Made by a program: the position numbers and the translations under genes | Shown: piece by piece, positions 27,192 through 39,490 of the stretch | How the letters are laid out: every line of letters begins with the position of its first letter | Position numbering within the stretch: position 1 is the first letter of the stretch | The notes under the pieces: generated by a model | Told to the model about the DNA's origin: nothing | The model's input: only the letters and a program-made list of their open reading frames with translations | Database searches by the model: none | Assembly: GCF_009914755.1 (NCBI RefSeq) | Contig: NC_060944.1 | Origin: the human T2T-CHM13v2.0 reference genome, Homo sapiens | Direction: 5' to 3' (one strand) | Length of the DNA: 64,000 nucleotides

Positions 27192-27656
27192 CGGATGGAT
27201 AGATGAGTGGGTGGGTGAGATGGATGGTTGGATAGATGGGTAGGTGGGCAGATGGATGGATAGATGGATGAATGGATGGGTGGGTGAGATGGATAGATAG
27301 ATGGGTGGGTAGATGAGTAAAACGGATGGATAGATGGATGGATGGGTGGGTGAGTGAGATGGATGGATAAATAAATGGATGGATGGATGAGATGAATGGA
27401 TGGGTGAGATGTATGTATGGATGGATGTATGGATGGATGGGTAGATGAGTAAGATGGATGAATGGGTGGGTAGGGAGATGAGTAAGATGGATGGGTGGAT
27501 GAATGGGTGGATGAATGGAAGGATAAAGATGAATCGGGGCTGGGTGAGATAGATAGATGAATAAATGGATGAATGGGTAGGTGAGATGGATGGGTGGATG
27601 AATGGATGGGTAAGATGGATGAATGGATGGTAAGTGGATGGGTGGATGCATGGGTG
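27192..27656. repeat. (GGAT/GGGT/GAAT)n degenerate tetranucleotide repeat following an L2 3' end (27125-27190)
   Basis: Visible directly; explains the His/Pro-rich ORF 27094-27744. Confidence 0.95.
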
Positions 27657-27794
27657 GGCTTTGGAGGGGATGTGGAAAGGCAGGGTCTGATGTGGGGTCA
27701 GATGCCCCCAACACCCACCACTGCAGATACTTCAGCTGCAACAATCTTAACTGAGACGCCCTTATCCCTGTTGGGGCCCTGACACTGTGCTGGA

Positions 27795-27963
27795 GCCATG
27801 GTCCTTAATCACCTGGGGACTGGTTAAAGCTTAGACTTCTGGGCCCACCCGCAGCATCTCTGATTCCTTGTTGGGGGTGGGGCTAAAATATTGCATTTCT
27901 GACAAGTTCCCAGATATTAGTGCTGCTGATCTGGGCACTCCACCCAGCAAACCACAGTGCTAG
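27795..27963. mobile_element. MER5A
   Basis: AATCACCTGGGGA...CTGGGCCCACCC...TTGCATTTCTGACAAGTTCCCAG. Confidence 0.8.
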
Positions 27964-27980
27964 AGGAATACGACATCTGG

Positions 27981-28424
27981 TGATGCAGGGCAGGCAAGCC
28001 CCAGAGTTGGCGCTTAGCCTGGGAGGGTTCTTGGCTTTGCTCAGGAAAGAATTCAAGAGTGAGTCGGTGCTAGAAGAAAACAGTTTTATTGAGGCAACAG
28101 TGTTACAGCTCTGTGACTGCTCCCGCAGAGCAGGGCTACCCCCCAGGCAGTGTGTGGGGAGCTCAGGGACAGTTCTGCAGTTATAGTATACCCACTTTTA
28201 ATTAAATGCAAATTAAGGGGCAGTTTATGCAGAAATTTCTAGAAAAAGGGTGGTAACTTCTGGGTTGTTGCCATCAAAAGAGGCGGTAACTTCCAGGTGT
28301 TGCTATAGCAATGGTAAACTGACATGGCACTGGTGGGCATGTCTTATGGAGAGGGGCTTTTGCCTTTTCCCTGTTTCAGCCAGTTTCCAATCTGGTCTGG
28401 AGTAAACTCCTGCCTCCTACCTCA
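27981..28424 (-). mobile_element. MER66-type solo LTR (ERV1, MER4 group)
   Basis: TGATGCAGGGCAGGC ... CCTGCCTCCTACCTCA; perfect 4-bp TSD CTGG. Confidence 0.85.
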
Positions 28425-28752
28425 CTGGTGCTCTCCCACAGCCTTCACGGTCCAGCTGTGAAACACGTAAAGAATGGGAAGGTGGGGAGGAGAGCTCAGT
28501 TGGAATAAGGCAGGCCTGGGCTAGGTGCACCCCCAAAAACATGAGCCCTTGACCCCAGCCAGTCCCAGGTCTCAGGAGCACCCTCTCTGACAAATTTATT
28601 TCCTCATTCACTACTGACTGAGGGTCAGCTGGGCTCTGGAATGGAGAAGATAAAATGGTCTGATGTAAGCATGGAGCTCACAGCCTGCAATCTGCATGAG
28701 GTGAGGGCAAATACTCACTCATGAAATGTCCAGGTGGGAGGAAGCTGGAGGG

Positions 28753-29686
28753 GAGTGGTGCTCCACCTAGAACCCTGCAGATCCCTTTTACTGTTTCCAC
28801 ATGCTTCTGCTGAGGTAGGAGGCTGGACTGGACTCCAGAGACAGGGCTGGACACCAGAATGAATTGAGGACTAGCTAAAACAAAGACAGGGGTGGAAGGA
28901 GCTTTCTATGAGACACGCCCACCAGTGCACCACATCAGTTTACTTTTGCCATGGCAACACTCGGGAGTTACTGCCTCTTTTCATGGCAATGACCTGACAA
29001 CCCAGAAGTTATTATCCATTTCCTAGAAATGTCTGCATAAACCACCCCTTAATCTGCATGCAATTAAAAGTAGGTATGAATCTGACTACAGAACTGCCCT
29101 GAGATGGTACTCTCTGTCTATGGAGTAGACTGCTCTACAGGAACAGGCACAGAGCGGTAACACTGCTGCTTCAATAAAGCTGTTTTCTTCTACTCTACCA
29201 CTGGCTCACCACTGAGTACTTTTCTGGCTGAAGTCAAGAATCTTGGTGGGCTAAGCCTCAATTTAGGGCTCACCTGTCCTGCATCACTGCCTCTGCACTT
29301 CTCTTTCCAGTGACTAGTCTTCGGAGAACTAATTCAGGCTATCAGAACTACATGGGGCAGGTCCAGAGATCCAGAAGTACCTGGGAGTCTATACCCTCAG
29401 GGTGGTCCTTACCCAGAGAATAACTGGTAGGGCTTAGGAGAGCTTGACTCCTGGCGCCTGGTCAGGAAAGCTCCCTGGTGTGAATTATGGCCCAGAGTCC
29501 CTGAGGGGTCAGGCTGCAGCCACTCTTCCCGGGCTGCCTGGAGTCTCGCCTTTGCTTGGCTTCTTCTCATTCTTGGCCTGCTGCCCTCACTTCCCAGGGG
29601 TCTCCCCTGAGAGCATGTCCTTAATAGATCACTTGCCTGTGAGTCTTGGTGTCAGGGTCTGCTTCTGGGGAACCCAGCCTAGGACA
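28753..29686 (+). mobile_element. LTR16-type ERVL LTR interrupted by MER66
   Basis: 3' end GTCAGGGTCTGCTTCTGGGGAACCCAGCCTAGGACA. Confidence 0.7.
28811..29286 (+). mobile_element. MER66-type solo LTR
   Basis: TGAGGTAGGAGGC...AATAAAG...CCTGTCCTGCATCA; perfect 4-bp TSD CTGC. Confidence 0.85.
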
Positions 29687-30175
29687 AAAGCCATGTGCAG
29701 GAGTTCAGAGGCAGACACAATGGAATGAAGAGAAAAGCCAGGGACAGGCGTCTGGAGGAGGAGGCAGAGGCGTGCAGAGTCAGGATAGTGAGAGGTCCAG
29801 CTGAGCATGGGCTCTGAGAGTCATGGAGTCATTGGGGGTGAGTTACTACAAAGCGAGATCTCCATCCAGGCTTCTTCTTCCACAGAAAGCAAAATCCAGC
29901 CTCTGAGATGCAAAGGCAAGCCAGGCACATTTACAGAGGTTTCATAAAGTCCTGTATGGAGGAAAAGTGAGAGAGGTTTGGGCTTATAATTTATTTCAGA
30001 AACTTTTCATGGTTGCACTTGGTCCAGTAGAGACTACAAGAAAAATGCTAGAGTGAAGTTGTGAGCTCTTGCTGCTGCTTGAGCTGTTTCTGCAGAGAAG
30101 CTGGGCTAATGCCATCCTGTGTCTGGGAAAACTAGCGGGTCCTGTGCAGGGCAGGGCTGGCTTGAGTATTAGAGC

Positions 30176-31801
30176 TGATGACAGCCATGGCCTGTCTAGA
30201 GCAGTCACTGTGGGGATGCCAGCTGCAGCAAGGGAGGTGCAGCTGGGGCCGCATGCTCCACGGAGCCAACAGCAGCCGGGAACAGGTGGGAGCCCCACTC
30301 ACTACCATGTTGGCGGTGTGGAAGCCCCACGTTCCCAGGCGCAATTGCAGCTGCCCAGCCATAGCTCCATAGCCAGGCATTCCTGTGCTCCTGGGGACCT
30401 CTGAAGCACCCTGCCATGCCCCTGCCTTCGCCCCTGCCCCCACAGGCTCGGAAGTGCCTGCTGTTACTCCCTGGTGTCTCCCTGCTCCTAGTGCCCGCTC
30501 CAATTTCAGAGCAAAGTTGTAGCCGAGCCTGAGTGCTGTTACAACCCAGCTGGGTGGGCACACGCTTGGGGTGGTGCTGACATGCCAGCCCCTCATGCCA
30601 CCTCGGCCCCCTCCAGACTTTGGGTGTTGATGAGCGCAGAAGGGAGGCTGGTGTGGGGCTGAGGGCAGCTCAGCATAGGCCTGCAGGCACCCCTCAGTGC
30701 AAACAGCCTGGGTGTTGTGGATGGCATGTTGATGGCAAGAGGCAGACAGGTTCCTGGGTGGAAAGGGGTGGGTCCCAGTGAAACCTCCAAGCCAGGGACT
30801 GCCTGAAGCCTGGGGGCCAAGCTGCCAGCTCCAGGTGGAGTCCGTGGTCTGGAGAGAAAACTTATGGTGCTTTTCTGGGCCTGTCCATGGCTACCTATGG
30901 ACCAATCAACATGCACATCCTCCCCTCTGAGCCCATAAAAAACCCAGACTCAGCCGGACTCACAGAGACTTGGGGCTACCAGCTGCCGGAAGGAGCTACC
31001 CGCTCTGGGTTTCCTTGACCTGTCAGAACACCTGCCTGTGGAAAGGAGCTTCCCACTGTGGGTCTCCTCTCCGCTGAGAGCTGGACACACATCAGGACAA
31101 CCTGCCTGAGGATAGGAGCTACCCACTTTGGGTCTCCTGAGAGCTGCTGTTCTGTCACTCAGTGAAGCTCCTCTCTGCTTTGCTCACTCTCCAGTTGTCC
31201 GCATACCTCATTCTCCCTGGGCATGGGATAAGCACTTGGGACCTGAGGAATGGCAGGACTGAAAAATCTGTAACACAAACAGGACTGAAACATGCCCCCC
31301 ACTTGCCATGTTGCAGGCAATGAGAAAAAGAAAAGAGCTGTGGCTCTTTGGGGATCCCAGATGTAGGAACTACTCAAGCCAGGGCTGTGACACTGTCTTT
31401 GAGTCTGTATGGTTCCTGGCATCTCCAAGTTTCCAGGCACCACCATGTTTCCCAGTGCCCACAGTGGAAGCAGCTTGCAGTACGCCTGGTCCAGCTGCAG
31501 CCTCGCAGGGAGCTGGTGCCTGGAGCACCTGCCTTGCTGAAGCAAGCATGCCTGGCCAGACTCCATGCTCACTCACACACCCCTCACCACTCCATGCCTG
31601 GCCGGACTCCATGCTCACTCACACACCCCTCACCACTCATGCCTGGCTCACGTGGCATCTGGGCTAGTAGCATGAGCAGAGAGCAGTCTGCCAGTCTGAG
31701 TGGGTGGAACGAGCCCAGCAGGCCTGAGCAAAACTCAGGCAAAGGAGCCACGGGCCACAGAGATTTCAAGCTGGAAAAGCGACCCCTAAGGATCCTGTGA
31801 C
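30176..31801 (+). mobile_element. MER52A long solo LTR (ERV1)
   Basis: About 1.6 kb, GC-rich; GGACCAATCAACATGCAC...CCCATAAAA (CCAAT/TATA region), GGAGCTACCCACTTTGGGTCTCC repeats, ends GGATCCTGTGAC. Confidence 0.85.
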
Positions 31802-32204
31802 CCCTAAGCCAGCAGAGTTGTCATCAAAAGGACATCCTGGCTTCCACCCTGCCTTTCCCAGTGTCCATTTGACAACTGATAGAGACTCCACCCGTTTGGT
31901 GCCTGGAAGGCTAATTGTAGGGGATGGGGAATATTCCAGAAATAAAGAAAAAGGGAAATATAGGCATTCCTTTGTGTTCCCAGCTATAATTATCTGTTCA
32001 GAGGTTGCCTCCCACCACCTGGGGGCAGAGCAGCGTGGAAGGAACTGGGGGAGGCCCTTGCCAGGACCATAAAGATGAGCTCAGCTTCCAGGAGGTTCCC
32101 TGTAGGAAGTCTTGCTTTGGCAAGGTCGTGTTCCTTTTATTCCTCTGTATCATTGACTGAATAACGTTCCTCTGAGGAAACTGTTCCCTTTTGGGGATAG
32201 ACAG

Positions 32205-32830
32205 TAACGATAGCTACCATTTTCTCTATGGCTCATGTACTTTGTATTTTAGTTTCTTCACCTCAAACCACCCCATGATGATCTCATTTTACAGGTGAGA
32301 AAACTGAGGTTCAGCACGGTTAACTAACGACTGAGGGTCACACAGCTGACAAGTGGGGGAACCGAAAATTAGACCTTCAAGTTGGCAGGATGTGGCCACT
32401 TCCCTCTCCAAGCTCATCCCTCCCTGTCCTCTCCCTTACTAGTGTCAGCCACGGTTCCTTCCTGTGTCTTCAACTCAGAAATCCCTTTCCGGCCTCCAGG
32501 CCTCTGCCTGTGCCAGTCCCTCTGCTTGGAGCACTGTTCAGACTGACTCATGTTCTTCAATCTCTACTCACTCATTAGGTAGAAAAGAGTCTTACCTGTT
32601 CTCATCTAAGTGGGTGCCCTGATCCCCTGCTTCCTATACATACCTCTACATCTTTTCCTTTACAACCATTATTCTAGTTGCAATTACCTATATATTTACT
32701 TATTGATCTTTCATTGTCTGTCTCCCCAAGAAGGGTAAGAAGCATTGATTTTTTCACATCCCACTCTGTTTCCAGAGCTAAGCACCATGCTTGGCACATA
32801 GCAGATGTTCGAAAACCATTTGTTCAGGGA
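32205..32830. mobile_element. MIR (minus, 32205-32390) followed by L2 (plus, 32400-32830)
   Basis: CATTTTACAGGTGAGAAAACTGAGG; GCTTGGCACATAGCAGATG. Confidence 0.7.
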
Positions 32831-33123
32831 GGGAAGGAGACTGACGGTCTTGTACCCTGCTTTCCAGGTGCTTCGTGCTGAGTAACTGCTGTCTACCTGT
32901 CAGAGGCTGCACTTGCTCATGATGTTTATTTTTATACCAGCACAGAGCAATGCGTGTTCTCTATGGCCTGGCCTGTAGCCCCTTTGGTGAGGGCAGGAGA
33001 GGTGGCATCCCATCCTGTCACATCCATGGGCCTCCTCAGGATCAGCTTTTCCTTAGAAACTTCCTCCCACATGAATCCACCCAGTCCTCAAATCCTAACT
33101 GTATGTGTTAGGAATCGCATTCT

Positions 33124-33217
33124 GGGGTAACCAACTGTCCTGGTTTGCCAGGTGTTGAGGGGTTTTGGTGCTAAAACTGGGACAATCGCAGGCAAGCCAG
33201 GATAGTTGGTCACTTTA
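33124..33217 (+). mobile_element. MER94 (hAT-Blackjack)
   Basis: GGGTAACCAACTGTCCTGGTTTGCC...GTGCTAAAACTGGGAC...GTTGGTCAC. Confidence 0.8.
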
Positions 33218-33683
33218 CAGATTTGGCTGCTGTGAACAGAAGCCTGTAAAAGAGTGGCTTAAAGAAATGACGTAAAAGGAAAAGGCCAGGACTGGAAGGT
33301 GGCTTCTTAATACTATCAAGGACCTGAGCTCCTTGCTTTCTGTCCTGCTATCCTAGAGGCATAATACCCACACTCAAGGTCACCTCATCGTCCCAAGATG
33401 GCAGCAGCAGCTCCAGTCATCATACCCTCATTCTAGGTGAGAACACAAGGAAGTGGAAGGTCAAAGAGGAGAGGCACCTGCTGAATTATCCCCCTTTAAA
33501 GAGCTTCCTCAGAAGCTCCGTTTGGGACATCTACTCATATCTCTGGCCAGAACTGTATCACATGACCATTTCTAGCAGCAAGATAAGCTGGGAAATCCAG
33601 CTTTTTAGTAGGGTGCATTGTTGCCCTGATTAACATATGGTTTTGCTTGTTTCGAAAAAGGCCAGACTACATATTTGGTAAGT

Positions 33684-33806
33684 TGGGTGACAGATGCATT
33701 GTGGTTTACCCGGGAACTTCCCCAGTTTTAGTACTGAAAGTCCTGCATCCCAGGAAACTCCTTGGTTCCAGGCAGCTAGGATAGTTGGTGTGGTTGGTCA
33801 TGCCAC
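33684..33806 (-). mobile_element. MER94
   Basis: CCCAGTTTTAGTACTGAAAGTCCTGCATCCCAGGAAAC; 8-bp TSD TGGTAAGT at 33676-33683 and 33807-33814. Confidence 0.8.
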
Positions 33807-35260
33807 TGGTAAGTGATCTCTAGTCTCTAACACACCAACCCCCCTCAACTTGGCAATAGCAGCTGCCTTAGGGACGCTGTGTTAGATCTCTGTTTAGTGC
33901 CTTGACATCCAGGCATAAATCAAACATCAAACAGCTCAAGTGATGCATAAAAAATAATTTCACCATAGCCCAGGTGCTGAATTATAGCAGTTGAGCTATA
34001 ATTATTTGATACATATCTGCGAAGCTGAGAAAATTCTGCCTCAATTAGGAATAAAGTTAAGCTTCCAAAATTTTCTCTGAACAGTTCTATCTTTCAGGGA
34101 GAAGTTTCCCTCCTTTGCCCACGTTCACTTAGTTCGGTTTTTTTACATCCTAAAACTCTAGTTGGCAATGTTCATGATAATAACATTGAGTTTTTGCAAA
34201 AGCTGCAGATTTGAAGGGAAGAGGTAGGAAGTGGGAAATGGAAAACATCCATCTTTAGAATAACATAAATGTCTTATAACCAATTGTGAATGCTACCAGG
34301 GGCCTCTTAGCCCAGGAAAGGGGTGGACAGAGAGAAACCTCAGCCAGCATGAACAATGACCAGCAATGATCAGCCGCCTCCTGTGTCAGACACTGGGCTG
34401 AGAGACATCTTCGGCTTGCTGCATCTTCATGACCACGCTATGCTCCATTTTACACCTGGGGGTACGTAAGCTTCCAGAGGCTAAATAATTTGCCAAGTCC
34501 ACACCACTAGGAAGTCGATGGTGAAGCTTGGGTTTACACCCTCATCTGGCTGACTCCGGAGCCTGGTTACTATATCCTGCCTCCTGGAAAGATCTGGGTT
34601 TGGCCAAAGGAGAGGCACATATACAGCCCCCCAGCCCTGGCCAGATCCATCCCAGCTACATCCTCAGAGTGGAATGTGGAAGGCAGTTTGTAGCTTCTGG
34701 CAATGTATAGGTCTTCCCAACGCTCTGGAGCCTGAAAAATGCCCCATGGTGTTAAACTAACAAATGTCATTGTGTTTTTTGTTGTTTCTATTTCTTTCTC
34801 TAGAGTGCTTGGTATCTGGTCTCTCTGCAACCATGGCCCTTCTCCAAGGCCAAATTCACAGACTCTAGAAGTTGCAATGTAAGGTTTAGCACCTTTTAAG
34901 GAGACCCCTGGTGATTTCCCAGGAGAGGCTCCTGAAATCCTCCTGGTCTAAGTTGCAGTGAAGATGCCTCCTGGAGGCCTGATGCCTGCTTCAGCACCCC
35001 TCTGCACTCTTCCTAGGTGCTCCTGGTCTTTGGGCGTTTGTTGAGGAGGTGCCTGGGGTTAGACTGGGTCCAGAGGATGCTCTGTTGATCATGCTTGTTG
35101 GGAACCCCACAGCTCCTGAGGCTAGTGACACACACAGTCTCCACTGACCCCTGAGTCCCAGCTGGAATGGGGGTTTCCAAGTGTGATGCTGAGCCTTGGT
35201 TCCTTCATCTAAGAATTAGGTGACAAGAGTGTCTGCCTCACAGGGCTGTTGGGAGGATTA

Positions 35261-35839
<579 letters not shown>

Positions 35840-35856
35840 CTATAAAGTGGGAATAA

Positions 35857-36174
35857 GGCTGAGTGCCGTAGCTCACACCTGTAATCCCAGAACTTTGGCA
35901 GGCTGAGACAGGTGGATCACTTGAGGCCAGAAGTTAGAGACCAGCCTGGCCAACATGGTGAAACCCCATCTCTACTAAAAATACAAAAATTATCCGGGCG
36001 TGGTGGTGCACGTCTGCAATCCCAGCTACTCAGGAGGCTGAGGCGTGAGAGTTGCTTGACCTCGGGAGGGGGAGGTTGCAGTGAGATGAGATGGCATCAC
36101 TACACTCCAGCCTGGGTGACGGAGTGAGACTCTGCCTCAAAAAACAAAACAAAACAAAATAATAAGTAGAAAAA
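35857..36174 (+). mobile_element. AluSz inserted into a MIR
   Basis: TSD ATAAAGTGGGAATAA at 35842-35856 and 36175-36189. Confidence 0.94.
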
Positions 36175-37029
36175 ATAAAGTGGGAATAATAACAGATCAT
36201 CTTTCAAAATGTTGTAGAAAAGATGAATTGACATGACGTCTGCTAAGTGCTTAATATTGTGCTCGGCACATACTAAGTGTTCAATAAATCTTAGTTATGA
36301 CAACACTTTAAGCTTCAACAAAATCAGGATAATAAGTCACCTTCTTCATAGGTTGTGGTGAAAACTCAAGATCACGTATTTGAAGTGAACAGAAAGTGCC
36401 TGGTACCTGTCAGACCTCAGTACATTGTCACTATTATTCAAGCAGAGGTGAGGAACTGTCCTTCTGATTGAGCATGTGGCCTCAAGGGGGACAGGAGCTG
36501 GGCCTGGGAATCTTCTGGAGAGAATGGAACTGAATTATTGCCCGGAGCCGGTGGAGTCTTCCAGGCAGAAGCAGCTCTCAGGGGGCAATGTCTGGCTGCT
36601 CCTGGCCTGGCTCACGACGGGCTGCAGCCTTTGTGGCAGGCCTGTCCTGGTGGCACCATGTCTCCCTCTCCATCCTTTAGTTTTCTCGCCAAAGGCCGGG
36701 GAAGCCAGGGCCAGTGTGAGTGCTGCCTCTGGGTGGTCTCCACAGTGCGGGCGGTGACTCCACTGCCCCCAGCCCCTTGACATCTGCCTTCTGTAGAGCA
36801 CAGGTTGTCACCAGTTGACACTTACACAAGCCAGAAGCAGGCCCGGCCCACACTCATTGCCATAATAAACACACGCGGTAGTTTCTGAGAGCTGAGCTGT
36901 CCCATCCATCAATCCAGCGTGACATGCAAAGGGCCCCCGTGGTCAGAGCCTGACATCCAGGTGTGTGCATCAGGGATGCTGTGTGTCCTGGGCTGCAGTG
37001 GACGGCGGAGGTGAGCCATGGGGTCTGCG

Positions 37030-37430
37030 TGGGTGTGAGAGTCTGCGTGCATGCATGTGTGTGTGCATATAGATATGTCTATACACATAGGTGTGTGCAC
37101 ATATGCATGTGTGTATGTATGTATGTGTATATTCGTTTGTGTGCATATGTATGTGTGTGCATATGTGTAGGTAGTGTTCACGTGTGTATGTGTATATGTG
37201 TGTACATGCATGTATGCATGTGTGCACATGTATATGTGTGTGTGCATGTGTGCAGGCGTATATATGTAGGTGTGTATGTGCATTTATGTGTCTATGCATG
37301 TATGCCTATGTGTGTATACATGTTGTTATATGTATACTCATGTGCATGTGTGCGCATGTGTATGTGTTTATATATTTATATGGTTGTGTGCATGTGTATA
37401 CGTAATGTGTGCAAATGTGTGTGTGTGCAG
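37030..37430. repeat. Degenerate (TG)/(TATG)/(CATG)n alternating purine-pyrimidine tract
   Basis: Visible directly; explains the Cys/Val and His/Thr ORFs. Confidence 0.95.
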
Positions 37431-37444
37431 GCAAGCACATTAGA

Positions 37445-37835
37445 TCAGGAGATCTCAATTCAAACATGTTCAGCCGCCAGCAAGGTTGTATAAATGTGAA
37501 AATGGGATGGGATAGAGAGAAAGTGACTCTGGTCCTTCAAATATAGGGCACATATGGTATAGAGTGCCGAGGACTGTGGCAAACAGGAAGCCTGTATCCC
37601 TGAGTGCAGCAGATGCAACCTCGTTGCTGCTGCATGAGGAATGCGGATCCAGTGTTACCAGGAATCCTCATTTTTCAAGAGAAGCCAGAAAGCTGGATTT
37701 TTATGTGAAATGGCTTGATTTTTAAGAATCTATTGTCAGCCCATTGAAGGAGATTGTTAAATGTCTCCTGGGTCAAAGAAAACACATGTGAGGCTTGAAT
37801 TTGGCCTGTGGACATCCAGTGAGCAGTCGATCGCC
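37445..37835 (+). mobile_element. MER102 (hAT-Charlie)
   Basis: TTTTTCAAGAGAAGCCAGAAAGCTGGATTTTTATGTGAAAT...AAAACACATGTGAGGCTTGAATTTGGCCTGTGG. Confidence 0.75.
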
Positions 37836-37924
37836 ACTGTGGTCATTTCTTTCTGATGTAGAAGGGACTACCCTACCAAGCTGGGCTTTTCCCAGAAGAT
37901 CCTGCACTGGCTTGGAGGAATGGA

Positions 37925-38512
<588 letters not shown>

Positions 38513-38659
38513 TTAGAATCATCCCGAGGGTGATTTGAGAAGGCCAGCTTCTGGTTGTGGAAATTCCTCACTTATGAGCAGTGGCCTTTAGGAGTCAGTT
38601 TACACCTGATTTAAAATGTCCTCCAAAGGTCATCTTTCCAGCCTAGTGGCCTGTCCAGT

Positions 38660-39490
38660 GCTTTCCTGACATGCCAGCCCCGTGATAGGTGTGTCACATG
38701 TCTGAAATCAGCAAACCTCTCAACTCCCAGGAGACAAACCACTTTTATCCCCATTTTACAGGTGAGAATACTGAGACAGAGAAAAACCGAGCAAGAGTCT
38801 GTGGTCACACACACACATACACACACACCACACAGGAAAGTTGGTAGAGCCTGGATGTACTTTGGACAGTCTGACTCCAAACCCACCCCCTTAATGACAA
38901 GTCTACACTGTGAGAAGACATGGACTGAAATTGTTTTGCATTCTCTTGCACATCTGAGAGTTTGCTTGACTGCTTTTTATGCCTGGAACATTCTTCTCTT
39001 GGAAAACACCTACTTAACTTTCAGGGCTCAGTTCTAAAAGCTCCTTCTCCCGAACGTTTCCCCCTGAGGAGGGACTAGGTCAGGCACCCAGTCTGGGGTT
39101 CCTTCACCAACAAGGTGTTTTCCCTAACAGAGATCATTTCTCATTTACTGTGATTGCTTCAGTTTCTGTCTTATTGTGGCATGAGCATCCATCACAGCCA
39201 TGCTAATACCTGGCACATGCTAGGCACTGACTAACTGTTGAATGAGCGGATCAATGAATGGATGGGTGTTTCCTTGCTTCCCAATTAGCTTTATTTTTGA
39301 ACTTTGCAGTTGAGTCTTTTTGATGAGCTAGGCGCTGTTCTAAGTACTTTACGTGTATTAACTTGCTGATCTTTGCAACAGTCTTATGAGGTAGGCATTA
39401 TTACTATCCCTGTTTATTCTCATTTACTCAACTTCTTAGGCAAAGAGAAGTTAAGGAACTTGCCAAAGTCACACAGCTAGTAAGTGGCAA
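38660..39490. mobile_element. MIR (minus), L2 (plus), MIR (minus) cluster
   Basis: CCCATTTTACAGGTGAG; TGTTGAATGAGCGGATCAATGAATGG; AAAGTCACACAGCTAGTAAGTGGC. Confidence 0.7.

Larger units (their letters stand above)
33100..33834 (-). mobile_element. MLT1J LTR with two nested MER94 elements
   Basis: CCAAGATGGCAGCAGCAGCTCCAGTCATCA...TGGCCAGAACTGTATCACATGACC...GCTGGGAAAT. Confidence 0.75.

Noticed and set aside
32010-32032. Possible CTCF site CCACCTGGGGGCAG
   Set aside because: Mismatch at the highly conserved A of the core; cannot be supported without ChIP data.
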